A DNA stretch of 64,000 nucleotides from Thermodesulfobacteriota bacterium (GTDB lineage Bacteria > Desulfobacterota > QYQD01). Both the position numbers and the translations under genes were made by a program. The stretch is taken from contig JBFMAZ010000082.1 in NCBI GenBank assembly GCA_040755415.1, positions 148 to 64,147 of the forward strand, given 5' to 3'. The notes below the pieces were generated by a model that saw nothing but the letters and a program-made list of their open reading frames with translations, had not been told where the DNA came from and searched no databases. Shown here piece by piece: positions 1-10,676 of the stretch. How positions within the stretch are numbered: the first letter of the stretch is position 1; the number at the start of each line of letters is the position of its first letter.

Positions 1-318
1 TGGGGATTTTTACAACCATTAAAGGAACTCTGGCCTCAGCAGTTGCCCGAATTTCTGGACAAGATTGACTGGGAGGCGCTGTTCCATAATCCTTATTTTA
101 TCGGCCTGGCGGTCATTGTCTTGGTATTTGCACTGTACAAACGGATGTATAAATTTCTGGCCTTGGTTTTTTGCAGCGGCGCCTTCTATTATGCCTCGCG
201 CTATGTTGCGACCGGCGGCGAAGATGCCGTCCCTCTTAAAAATATCATTTCCTTTATCGGCCTATCTATTGTTATAATAGCCGTCGCCGTCTATTTTTTC
301 TTTATCCGCTCCGAGTAA
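1..318 (+). CDS. small integral membrane protein (hypothetical); 5' end may lie outside the window
   Basis: ORF track 43..318. The frame stays open back to base 1. There are three hydrophobic stretches. The TAA stop overlaps the next ATG (TAAATG). Confidence 0.4.
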   Translation, partial: WGFLQPLKELWPQQLPEFLDKIDWEALFHNPYFIGLAVIVLVFALYKRMYKFLALVFCSGAFYYASRYVATGGEDAVPLKNIISFIGLSIVIIAVAVYFFFIRSE

Positions 319-2252
<1,934 letters not shown>

Positions 2253-2283
2253 CTAAAGAGTGCTTAAAGTAGCCAGGTTTAGG

Positions 2284-2312
2284 ACTGTAATTTACAGAAA
2301 GGAAAATGTCAA
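2284..2312 (-). promoter_or_regulatory. candidate sigma-70 promoter for purA
   Basis: The minus strand reads TTGACA-17 nt-TACAGT, about 50 nt upstream of the purA ATG. Confidence 0.4.
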
Positions 2313-2578
2313 TTTGTAATTGTGGCCTCGATTCACCATCAAAAAAAGTTAAAAAACCTCGTTGACCTTGATAAATCAAGGTGATAGAAGGATTTTGAAC
2401 AATCAAATCTATCATCAACGGGGTGAACGGATTATGCCGTAAGGAGTTCTTCCACATAAGTATGAAAAAGAGAAAACCGATACCGGGATGACGGCACTGG
2501 TCCGCCGGAGACGGATATACATGGATTTGGCCTATGTGATGGGTCTGGGGGATAGTATTGGCCGGTACCTCCACTCTG

Positions 2579-3118
2579 TCATTTAATCTTTATAAAGAGA
2601 AATTTTTCTTTCATTTCTTTAGTGATTAACCCCACACCGCACTGATTCTGGACCATTTCTATTACCACGATCTTATCCGGGGCCTCAAAATCGATCCTGG
2701 CCTGCTTCCCGGCTATTTCTAGCTGACTTAGGAGCCATTCATCAAGTTCTTTTTCCGACTCCAGGCTGGAAATCTTGCCCTTATAGCCTCTTCTCTTCAC
2801 CCGGACATAGATCTTGTCATCGCCGATTGTTTCGAGATAAGGGACGATAGCCTCCTTTGCCCCTTCTATAAAGTTAACCGCACTGAAAGAGAAGGTACGG
2901 TCGATAGGGACCACCTGGCCCAGCGCCTGAAGGCTTTGCGGATCGGCCTCGCCCATCTCTTTCAAACTTTCCAAAAAGGCCTGTAGATCAGTTACACGCC
3001 CGATCAATGTCCCGCGAAAGCCGGATTCCTTAAAGACACCGAACGGAAATAGGAGTCTTCTTAAGGCCCTTTCCTGCCTTTCCGAGGCCGTAACCAATAC
3101 ATTCCAATTCTTCAGCAT
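2579..3118 (-). CDS. THUMP-like domain protein (hypothetical)
   Basis: C-terminal half YVRVKRRGYKGKISSLESEKELDEWL...IDFEAPDKIVVIEM resembles the THUMP fold pattern. Similarity is by eye only. Confidence 0.45.
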   Translation of the reverse strand: MLKNWNVLVTASERQERALRRLLFPFGVFKESGFRGTLIGRVTDLQAFLESLKEMGEADPQSLQALGQVVPIDRTFSFSAVNFIEGAKEAIVPYLETIGDDKIYVRVKRRGYKGKISSLESEKELDEWLLSQLEIAGKQARIDFEAPDKIVVIEMVQNQCGVGLITKEMKEKFLFIKIK

Positions 3119-3126
3119 GGTAAATC

Positions 3127-3546
3127 TTATTTCTTTTTTTCTATCTTTTCCCGCCTAGCCTGACACCGGGCACAGCGGGGCGTCTCCGGCATTATCTCCA
3201 GCCGCTTTATACCTATCGGGCCGCTGCAGTCAACACAGAGGCCATATTCACCCCGTTCTACCCGCGTAAGGGCCTCTTCAATCTCTTCCAGCTCCCTTTT
3301 CTTTGGCTCAATCAATGACAAGGCAGTTTCTTCCTTCAAATCAACTACCGACTTATCTTCTTCATCCAGTGGTATTTTTAGCAGGTCTTGATACTCTTCA
3401 TCGATTTCTAACCTTAGATGCCCGCGGACTTCCTGCCACAGGTCTCTTTTCCTTTTCAGCAGCCTTTCCTTAAATACTTCAATTTCCCTGGCCGTTAGAT
3501 CTTTTTCCATCCTTTGCACCTCCATCCAGGGTTGAGCTGTACTCAA
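3127..3546 (-). CDS. DksA/TraR family C4-type zinc-finger protein
   Basis: Coiled-coil N-terminus plus CVDCSGPI...RCARCQ four-Cys finger at the C-terminus. Confidence 0.8.
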   Translation of the reverse strand: MSTAQPWMEVQRMEKDLTAREIEVFKERLLKRKRDLWQEVRGHLRLEIDEEYQDLLKIPLDEEDKSVVDLKEETALSLIEPKKRELEEIEEALTRVERGEYGLCVDCSGPIGIKRLEIMPETPRCARCQARREKIEKKK

Positions 3547-3771
3547 ATTAATATCCTATGAAGTTAGTCTATCAGATAAATATTAATAAAGGAATATCCT
3601 ATTTGGCTTCCCTCCTCGGCCGACGCGCCCGCGGCAGGCCATAGGCCTGGTGGCGAACAGATGGGCAGGAGTAACCTGCCCGGCAGCCATCCCGTTTTTT
3701 GCTTTTGAAATAGGGTACAAGATAAGACCAGCGCTAAAGAAGATAAAGGGCTCTACAGAATCGCCTATTAA

Positions 3772-3808
3772 GTCATTGCGAGTCCACCGAGGGTGGACTC
3801 GCAATGAC
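3772..3808. repeat. perfect 17-bp-stem palindrome of the GTCATTGCGAG family
   Basis: gtcattgcgagtccacc-gag-ggtggactcgcaatgac. The same GTCATTGCGAG/CTCGCAATGAC arms recur at 52.7, 61.1 and 62.7 kb. Confidence 0.85.
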
Positions 3809-3854
3809 GGTGAGTATGCAAGGGTTTCAAAAAAAGAGGGGATAATCTATCCGT

Positions 3855-4373
3855 CTAATGCAGATACCGGGGTCTTGGTTCCTGATCCGGAATTTTACTT
3901 ATGCCTCCCCATAAATCCTTAAGTTCAAGCAACCGTTCAAAATTTTTAATAAATGTCCCTAAGTGCATGTTGATGGTCTTACGGGCCTCCAGGAGCACAT
4001 TTTCTCGTTTTAAATAATCTACGTAAGCCTCGAGTATTTGCCTGTCCATTTCGGACAGAGAAAGAAATTTAAGCCCGGCATGCCAGGCCCTTTCCTTTCT
4101 CTGCCAGACTACCTCGCCCGTAATAGAAAGAGTATGCATACCTTCCGGTAATTGAAGACAAAACTGTAAGGCTCCATCCCAATTAGGCTCTTCCAGGCTG
4201 GCTATCTCTGCCCCATGAACAGAGAGACCTATCAAGTAAATATTTTTGGCCTTTTCTACATCTAACTCCTGCGGCACGGAGAGAAGGACCCTTTCGCTGC
4301 AGCGCCTTTCGCTCACATCGTTTCTATGCATAACCGACCCCCCCTCGACAACTTTTTGGGCAAGCAATTTCAA
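3855..4373 (-). CDS. PilZ domain protein (putative c-di-GMP receptor)
   Basis: RCSER (RxxxR) followed by IGLSVHGA (variant of D/NxSxxG), then VVWQRK...GLKF beta-barrel pattern. Confidence 0.55.
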   Translation of the reverse strand: MKLLAQKVVEGGSVMHRNDVSERRCSERVLLSVPQELDVEKAKNIYLIGLSVHGAEIASLEEPNWDGALQFCLQLPEGMHTLSITGEVVWQRKERAWHAGLKFLSLSEMDRQILEAYVDYLKRENVLLEARKTINMHLGTFIKNFERLLELKDLWGGISKIPDQEPRPRYLH

Positions 4374-4549
4374 TGCCAGATATGATTGAAATTTTTACTG
4401 CAATAATTCCTTTGAGATTACGAATATTTTTCGAATAGATAAGAAAAAATGGGGTTAGAATTCGCAAAGTGTGAATTTCATTTCCACCCAAAGTGGAAAA
4501 GTGGTTCCACCTTAAGCACAGATTCAGAAAAACTTTTCCCCTTACCCTA

Positions 4550-5536
4550 TCACAGGCCGGTGTCTCTACTTGTGCCGGCCTTGCATTGCTTCAGATAGCC
4601 TGCGAACTTCTGATAAATGCGCCAGGCCTTTTCTTCAAAATCCTCCTCCCAGATATTCAGCGCAAGATAACTTGCGTCTTTTTTCTCTAAAGGTATCACC
4701 AGACCCTCATTTATGATCTCCTCGCGGAAGGTCGTCCTGGTGAGGATCTCCGAGAAATATCTCTGGAAATCCTCTTCAAAATTGTAATCATAGTACCAGG
4801 TCTCCTCGGCAAAAACATCCTGGAAGTAGCGGGTAGAGGCTTCCCCCCAAAGGCCTGCGGCATGGAATTTTTCCGTTGCAGTGGACTGGTAATAGGACAT
4901 GGTCTGGGCAAGATAACTCTTTAATTCCCTTATATTCCCGTCCCAACGGTTGTAGAATAATTTTAAAAGGGCGATATAGCGCATATAGCGTATGGATGAA
5001 TCCCGTAAAAGCCCTTTTAATAAATAAGGTATATCCTCTTTTCGCTCGGACAGGGGCTGGATGCTCACCCGATAGGTAAAACGATACGTAAGCATGGGCA
5101 TCAGCGCCTTTTTGTCTGTAACCATAGCCGTTATGCGTGTATCAACAAAACGTGATTCTCCGGTACGTCGATCCATTACCTTCCGGTCTTCCAAAAATCT
5201 GCCCAGGGTGGTCTGCGTGGACACAGGCAGACGTTGGGCCTCATCCAGTACCAGGGTGCCTCCCTGCGCCTGGCTAAGCAGACTCTCAGCGGTATCCGCA
5301 AATATCTCCCGCGTGGTATCGGATTCGGCCAGTTCGGCGCAGTTAACCTTTATGATGGCCTGCTGACTCCGCTTACTATTGGCAATCACGTAATCAAGCC
5401 AGACCTCCTTGCCACAACCAAATGGCCCCGTAAGCAGCAATGACCCGTCACTGGCCCCAATAACCTCAAAAAATCTCATAAGACGGGAAACATAGGTTGG
5501 ATGGCCGAGAATCTCTACCTTCATCTGTCTTCCCAT
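4550..5536 (-). CDS. AAA+ ATPase related to sigma-54 enhancer-binding proteins, lacking the GAFTGA loop and HTH
   Basis: Walker A GPFGCGKE, Walker B GGTLVLDEAQ, sensor region WDGNIRELK. No GAFTGA between Walker A and B, and no receiver or Fis-type HTH. Confidence 0.6.
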   Translation of the reverse strand: MGRQMKVEILGHPTYVSRLMRFFEVIGASDGSLLLTGPFGCGKEVWLDYVIANSKRSQQAIIKVNCAELAESDTTREIFADTAESLLSQAQGGTLVLDEAQRLPVSTQTTLGRFLEDRKVMDRRTGESRFVDTRITAMVTDKKALMPMLTYRFTYRVSIQPLSERKEDIPYLLKGLLRDSSIRYMRYIALLKLFYNRWDGNIRELKSYLAQTMSYYQSTATEKFHAAGLWGEASTRYFQDVFAEETWYYDYNFEEDFQRYFSEILTRTTFREEIINEGLVIPLEKKDASYLALNIWEEDFEEKAWRIYQKFAGYLKQCKAGTSRDTGL

Positions 5537-5623
5537 ATCTTTTATTTTTATCTTCTATATGGCCTGGATTATACCACAGATGACCACTGATAAATCAAGC
5601 CAAAATATATGATATGAAAAATG

Positions 5624-5785
5624 GTATCAGTTTAGCTGTTTGAAAAAGTATTCTTAAATCCCTCCCAACCTCCCTTTTCCAAAGGGAGGAGAAACACTTC
5701 CCCCTTTGGAAAAGGGGGATTGAGGGGGATTTTGGCCCTTATAGCGCCTTGCTTAGGTATATTTTTCAAAAACCTAAAATGTTAC
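5624..5785 (+). mobile_element. 162-bp MITE (family A), diverged copy, with 8-bp TSD GAAAAATG
   Basis: Termini are GTATCAGTTTAGCTGTTTGAAAAAG ... TTTTTCAAAAACCTAAAATGTTAC. It is flanked by GAAAAATG at 5616..5623 and 5786..5793. Confidence 0.85.
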
Positions 5786-5867
5786 GAAAAATGAAATATC
5801 CGACTGCTCAGACAGATAAACGGCCATGGGAACATCGTAAGTATGTTCAGGTGATTAAACGGAAAAT

Positions 5868-6075
5868 GACAAATCCCAAAACTTAAAGTTCAAATCAATG
5901 ACCAATGCCCAAGCTCAAATAGTGAAATTTTTGGTTCTCCTAAGGCGAATTTACTGGCATTTGGTTATTTGGATTTCGTTTGGCCTTAGGGCTTTGAACT
6001 TTGACATTTAGATTTCCGATTTGTCCAGACTTAGGATTTCGATACTAGGATTTTTGGGATGGGAGACTTCTTACA
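5868..6075. repeat. AT-rich palindromic intergenic element (family C-like)
   Basis: Long imperfect inverted repeat (caaatcaatgaccaatgcccaa ... ttggatttcgtttgg), similar in style to 17.4 and 24.9 kb. Confidence 0.5.
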
Positions 6076-6106
6076 AGGCCATCAAGTTTGTGGAGGGGAA
6101 ATGCCG

Positions 6107-6634
6107 TCACCTCCTGTGGCCTCTCGAACGCATATAGTCCCTCTTTTGCATACCATGCGAAAGGCCTCTTCTCTCGCCCGGGGGTGAACCTTGCCACTTG
6201 GATGGGCCCCTGAACTGTCTCTTATCCGGCCTTTCCCGGTCTTCGGAAGACGAAGGGCCTTCCTGCCATCCCTGATGCCGGCGTAAAAAACGCCTTCCCT
6301 CCGGCGGCAGGGATTGCCAGAAACGGTAGCGCTCCCTCAGACGCTCCTTCTCTTCTGGCGGAAGGCTGCGAAACCGCTCAAAATTCCGCCGCAATCTTTC
6401 TCTCTCCTCTGGTGCAAGTTTTTGATACTCCCCGTATCTTTCTTTCAAACGGGCACGCTCCTCTGGAGAAAGCCTTTGCCATCTCTGCCAATTTGCCTCC
6501 TCTTCCGTCCGCTCCACAGTCTCTGCCATATTACCGGCCAAAACAAGCCCGTCTTCCGCCTGCGTCCTCAGGGCAAAAGCGGCAAAGAACATAATAAATA
6601 TACTCAAGGAAAATATAATCCTAGGCATGGACAT
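6107..6634 (-). CDS. secreted DUF3106-like Arg/Glu-rich repeat protein
   Basis: Signal peptide MSMPRIIFSLSIFIMFFAAFALRTQA, repeated SPEERARLKERY / PPEEKERLRERY motifs, and position at the end of the ECF sigma operon. Confidence 0.6.
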   Translation of the reverse strand: MSMPRIIFSLSIFIMFFAAFALRTQAEDGLVLAGNMAETVERTEEEANWQRWQRLSPEERARLKERYGEYQKLAPEERERLRRNFERFRSLPPEEKERLRERYRFWQSLPPEGRRFLRRHQGWQEGPSSSEDRERPDKRQFRGPSKWQGSPPGERRGLSHGMQKRDYMRSRGHRR

Positions 6635-7118
6635 AAACCCGTGGTACCGGCCGTTGTGAGGTGTTCTCTATCTGTTCAATAACATCCAGGTCTTTTATCA
6701 GATCATACTCCTGGAGCATATCCAGATGCTTGACCAGATGCGCTTCTTCCGCACTCACGGGTAGATCGTACATCTTAGGCTTTTCCGCCCTCTCTCCTGG
6801 ATACAAAAACCAGATTCCCAAAAACAGAAGGACTGAAAAGACAGTGGCCAGGGCCGGAACCTTCCACCAGCAAACCCTTCTCTGTTTATCTATCCTCCCT
6901 CTAATCCCGGCCTGGTAAGACTGCCAGAACACCGGTGAAGGCGCGGTCATATCTCTTCCCCTGGTTGTAAGGGCCAGCATCTTTTCCATATCCCGGACAT
7001 AAGCCGAACAAGTCTCACAACGGGCTAGGTGATCGGTGAGCTTCGCCCCCTCACCCGCGGGAAGCTCACCATAGTGCCTTAAAATGGCGTCATTCTGGAA
7101 ATGGCGGCAGCTCTTCAT
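6621..7118 (-). CDS. anti-sigma factor (zf-HC2 type), single-pass membrane
   Basis: N-terminus CRHF...HLARCETC zinc-finger pattern, a central TM helix, and start abutting the sigma-factor stop. Confidence 0.7.
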   Translation of the reverse strand: MKSCRHFQNDAILRHYGELPAGEGAKLTDHLARCETCSAYVRDMEKMLALTTRGRDMTAPSPVFWQSYQAGIRGRIDKQRRVCWWKVPALATVFSVLLFLGIWFLYPGERAEKPKMYDLPVSAEEAHLVKHLDMLQEYDLIKDLDVIEQIENTSQRPVPRVYVHA

Positions 7119-7760
7119 TTAACCCTCTTCTCCATAGTTATAGCCGTAATCGTCTTTTAACCTTGCCTGCAACTCCCTCACGGCCCGAAAGAGATGGCTT
7201 TTAACTGTCCCTTCGGCTATTTTAAGGATAGTTGCGATCTCCTTGATCGGCATCCCATGGTAGTTTTTTAGTATAAATACCGCCTTTTGCTTGGCAGGAA
7301 GGACATCTAAGGCCTCCCTCACTTTTTGCGACAATTCCTTCTGATCGTATCTTTCCGCCGGGCCAGGGGTAAGGGCCGGTTTCTCGGCTAACGAGTCGCG
7401 TGGGTCCTCCCTAGTATCTCCTTCTGGCTGAAATATCTTCCACCAGCGCCTTTTCCGACGTCTAAAGTCCATACACAGGTTGACCAGGATACGATAAAAC
7501 CAGGTGTATAAAGAGGATTCATCGCGAAATTGCCCCAGGCGCTCATAGGCGCGGGCGAACGCCTCTTGTGAAAGATCCCGGGCATCCTCTACATCATTGA
7601 CCAGGTCGAAGGCGATGAAAAAAGCCCTTTTCTGATACTTGGCCACAAACTCGTCAAAGTTCTTATAAGTATTCTTCCGGGCGACCACCGATGGGCAGGA
7701 GGGATTATCAGTCATAAAGTCCATGTATGAGAACTGCGGTTGTGTGCAAAGCCCATCCAT
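7119..7760 (-). CDS. RNA polymerase ECF-type sigma-70 factor
   Basis: Region 2 (DLSQEAFARAYERLGQFRDESSLYTWFYRILVN) and region 4 (MPIKEIATILKIAEGTVKSHLFRA). Confidence 0.85.
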   Translation of the reverse strand: MDGLCTQPQFSYMDFMTDNPSCPSVVARKNTYKNFDEFVAKYQKRAFFIAFDLVNDVEDARDLSQEAFARAYERLGQFRDESSLYTWFYRILVNLCMDFRRRKRRWWKIFQPEGDTREDPRDSLAEKPALTPGPAERYDQKELSQKVREALDVLPAKQKAVFILKNYHGMPIKEIATILKIAEGTVKSHLFRAVRELQARLKDDYGYNYGEEG

Positions 7761-7792
7761 GTACCATTCGACTCCGGTGCGGTTTACTGCAG

Positions 7793-7821
7793 TTAGACGA
7801 AAAAGGCCCCGGATGGTTTAC
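7793..7821 (-). promoter_or_regulatory. candidate ECF-type autoregulated promoter
   Basis: The minus strand reads GTAAACC-15/16 nt-CGTCTAA about 30 nt upstream of the sigma ORF (AAC / CGTC pattern). Confidence 0.3.
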
Positions 7822-7871
7822 AGCAGTTTTAATAACTTGTGCCCCGACCTTATAAAAACATGCATTCATGG

Positions 7872-8528
7872 TCAGAGATTACCTTTTATTATCTCAGAAA
7901 CGGCCTTACTCTTGACCGTCTTTTCCACTAAATCCGCCATAACCAGGTTGAGAATGTGTTCTATCTCGGCCTCAGTTATAAATAAGAACTCCTCTGATTG
8001 AAATCTAGCCTCAAAGACCTCCTCTTTTATGAGCCGGCCCTGTTTATCCCCCCAATAAAGTCTTAACCGGGCCTTTCCCACCAGGGCGGGTAAAAGCGGA
8101 CTGGCGCCAACCTCTCTTTTACAACTAAACTCCTCGATAGTTCCGGTTAATAGGCCGTTAACTGTCATGGCCGTAAAACCATCTGCGCTCCGGTCCCATG
8201 ACGGAATATCAATAACCTTGATACCGGCCTCTTCCAGCCCCCTCTTTAGGGACGCAGCAAACTCCGTATCCAGGCGTTCGTCCCTCAGGTAATAAAAGTC
8301 CTCGCCTCCCAGATTATTATATCTTTTAAAGAGGAGCCTCCTTTCGGTACGGTTATCCGTAAAAGGTGCCAGAGCTATGGAGGGTGGCTCCTTAAAGGTA
8401 TAATAGGAACGCAGCGCAGTAGGAGGCCAATAAGTCAACCCCACCTGAAACTCACGATCTGCTGCGCACCCAGGAAGAAACAACACAGCCAGGGACAATA
8501 CTATAAATAACTTTGCTATCCATTTCAT
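7872..8528 (-). CDS. lipoprotein (hypothetical)
   Basis: Signal peptide with lipobox LFLPGCAA; no recognisable domain. Confidence 0.55.
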   Translation of the reverse strand: MKWIAKLFIVLSLAVLFLPGCAADREFQVGLTYWPPTALRSYYTFKEPPSIALAPFTDNRTERRLLFKRYNNLGGEDFYYLRDERLDTEFAASLKRGLEEAGIKVIDIPSWDRSADGFTAMTVNGLLTGTIEEFSCKREVGASPLLPALVGKARLRLYWGDKQGRLIKEEVFEARFQSEEFLFITEAEIEHILNLVMADLVEKTVKSKAVSEIIKGNL

Positions 8529-8545
8529 GGCTTCCTCCAGATAAG

Positions 8546-8701
8546 TTAGTGTTCATCCGGAAACTGCCGTTTTCGGATTCACGCTTTCAGCGATTAGCTA
8601 TCAGCAAAAATCTAAAATAAACAACACATTAAGCTGAACGCTGAAAGCTGAGTGCTGAGAGCACATCCAAATTTTTGGGGTTTCGGGATGGGAACGCGTT
8701 A
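8546..8701. mobile_element. MITE-like element, family B termini with AGCTGA(A/T)AGC core
   Basis: TTAGTGTTCATCCGGAAAC ... GTTTCGGGATGGGAACGCGTTAA. The core is about 85% similar to 48856..49042. Confidence 0.65.
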
Positions 8702-8816
8702 ATTGATCTTTGAAAATATAACAAAATATAATCATAAATGAAACCCTAATGCCAGAGTAGGCAGGGCAAAAATAACCTTGAAATTTCTCCAGGTATTAGG
8801 TAGAAGTAGAACAACC

Positions 8817-8892
8817 GGGCGGTTAACTCAGTGGTTAGAGTGCCATCCTCACACGGTGGAAGTCGCAGGTTCGAATCCCGCACCGCCCACCA
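8817..8892 (+). tRNA. tRNA-Val (anticodon CAC)
   Basis: 76 nt. Acceptor GGGCGGT/ACCGCCC, D loop AGTGGTTAG, anticodon stem CCATC/GGTGG with loop CTCACAC, T arm GCAGG-TTCGAAT-CCCGC, encoded CCA. Confidence 0.9.
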
Positions 8893-8906
8893 TGATCAAA
8901 ACAAAA

Positions 8907-8932
8907 GGCCAGTCTTTGGACTGGCCTTTTTT
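8907..8932 (+). terminator. rho-independent terminator after tRNA-Val
   Basis: GGCCAGTC-TTTG-GACTGGCC followed by TTTTTT. Confidence 0.8.
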
Positions 8933-9036
8933 GTCAGAAATACCTTGACAGCACCGGCAACCAGGGCATAGATTTGCAAGTAAGGGATGCAACCTACGTT
9001 CGAACGTGCTAACGTGTAAACGGATAAACGGTTGAT

Positions 9037-9786
9037 ATGGATATAGATAAATTAAAAGATCTGCTCTTGTCAGTGCAGGAAGGCCGGACAGAGGTTGAAG
9101 AGGCCCTCCAGGCCCTGAAAAACCTGCCTTTTGAGGATATGACCTATGCCAAAATCGACCATCACCGGCCCCTGCGTCAAGGGTTTGCAGAGGTAGTCTT
9201 CGGTGAAGGGAAGACCGTCGAACAACTGCTTAAGATCGTTACTTCCATTTACGAACACAGCGACCGGGTTCTGGTCACCAGGATCAGCGAAGACAAGGCC
9301 GCATACATCCGTTCCTCCCTCCCGGCCGCCGATTACTATCCATTGTCCCGGTTATTGATCCTTAAGAAAAAAGAGCCGGAAATTGTCGGTAAAGGGACCA
9401 TCCTGGTCATTTCCGCCGGCACTTCGGATATCTCCGTAGCCGAAGAGGCTTACCTTACGGCGCAGATAATGGGCAACCGGGTGGAGTATCTCTATGATGT
9501 AGGTGTAGCCGGTATCCATCGGCTTCTCAGTCATAAAGAAAAAATTGCCTCTGCTTCTGTATTCATTGTGGTGGCCGGGATGGAAGGCGCCCTACCCAGC
9601 GTAGTGGGCGGGTTGGTAGATAAACCGGTGATTGCTGTACCCACCAGCGTGGGATACGGCACGAGCTTCGGAGGGATTGCGGCCCTTCTGGCCATGCTTA
9701 ATTCTTGCGCGGCAGGTGTAGCCGTAGTCAATATAGACAACGGGTTCGGCGCCGGTTATATCGCCAGTCTTATCAATAGGCTATAG
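9037..9786 (+). CDS. larB: nickel-pincer cofactor biosynthesis protein LarB (PurE-like carboxylase/hydrolase)
   Basis: N-terminus KNLPFEDMTYAKIDHHRPLRQGFAEVVFGEGKT plus PurE-like ISAGTSD...VVAGMEGALPSVVGG. Confidence 0.8.
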   Translation: MDIDKLKDLLLSVQEGRTEVEEALQALKNLPFEDMTYAKIDHHRPLRQGFAEVVFGEGKTVEQLLKIVTSIYEHSDRVLVTRISEDKAAYIRSSLPAADYYPLSRLLILKKKEPEIVGKGTILVISAGTSDISVAEEAYLTAQIMGNRVEYLYDVGVAGIHRLLSHKEKIASASVFIVVAGMEGALPSVVGGLVDKPVIAVPTSVGYGTSFGGIAALLAMLNSCAAGVAVVNIDNGFGAGYIASLINRL

Positions 9787-9797
9787 ATACCAAAACC

Positions 9798-10676
9798 ATG
9801 AAGCAGGATAGATTCCGCCAGATCAGAAGGGTCTTATGGATCGTTTTAGTCCTGAACTTTGCCGTCGCCGCCTCCAAGCTCTTTTACGGCTGGGTTATAA
9901 ACAGTGCCAGCATCATGGCGGATGGGTATCATTCCTTTTCTGACGGGTCGTCTAATATTATCGGCCTCTTCGGTATATGGCTGGCCTCCAGACCTAAAGA
10001 TGATACACATCCCTACGGCTATGCCAAGTACGAAACCATCGCTTCCGCTGGCATCGCAATTTTACTCTTTCTGGCCTGTGTCGAGATCCTTGGCAAGTCC
10101 ATAAAACGCTTTTACCATCCTGTCCACCCTGAAGTGGATGCGACAAGCTTTGCCGTCATGGGTGTCACCCTGGTTGTCAATATCTTCGTCATGCTTTACG
10201 AACGCAAGCAGGGCAGGATGTTCGAGAGTGAGATATTGATCTCTGACTCCTTTCACACCGGGGCCGACATATTAACTACAGGCGCGGTAATCATCGGGCT
10301 TTTGGCCATCCGGGCCGGCTACCCTATCGTTGACCCTATCATAGCCCTCTTTATCAGTATCTTCATCGGTTATGCCGGTATTGAGATCATCAGAAGCAGT
10401 TCCCAAATTTTACTTGATGCGGTAGCCATAGATAAAGAACAGATACGGGCCATCGCCATGGGCGTGAACGGCATTGAATATTGTCATAAGATCAGGAGCC
10501 GGGGAAGGAGGGGGGATATCCACGTGGATATGCATTGTCACATGAAGCGGGATATCTCTTTAGAAAAGGCACATGAAATAGCGCATACGGTAGAAGATAC
10601 GATCAAGGGAAACCTCCCCGGCGTCAAGGACGTGACCATCCATATCGAGCCCGCACCAGATAATACCTCATCCTAG
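9798..10676 (+). CDS. cation diffusion facilitator family transporter
   Basis: Six TM segments, HSFSDG and HTGADILT motifs, and a C-terminal cytoplasmic domain with HVDMHCHM. Confidence 0.85.
   Translation: MKQDRFRQIRRVLWIVLVLNFAVAASKLFYGWVINSASIMADGYHSFSDGSSNIIGLFGIWLASRPKDDTHPYGYAKYETIASAGIAILLFLACVEILGKSIKRFYHPVHPEVDATSFAVMGVTLVVNIFVMLYERKQGRMFESEILISDSFHTGADILTTGAVIIGLLAIRAGYPIVDPIIALFISIFIGYAGIEIIRSSSQILLDAVAIDKEQIRAIAMGVNGIEYCHKIRSRGRRGDIHVDMHCHMKRDISLEKAHEIAHTVEDTIKGNLPGVKDVTIHIEPAPDNTSS

Noticed and set aside
8546-9036. Integrated genomic island at tRNA-Val
   Set aside because: No integrase gene is nearby and there is no direct repeat of the tRNA 3' end. The flanking genes look like ordinary chromosomal genes.
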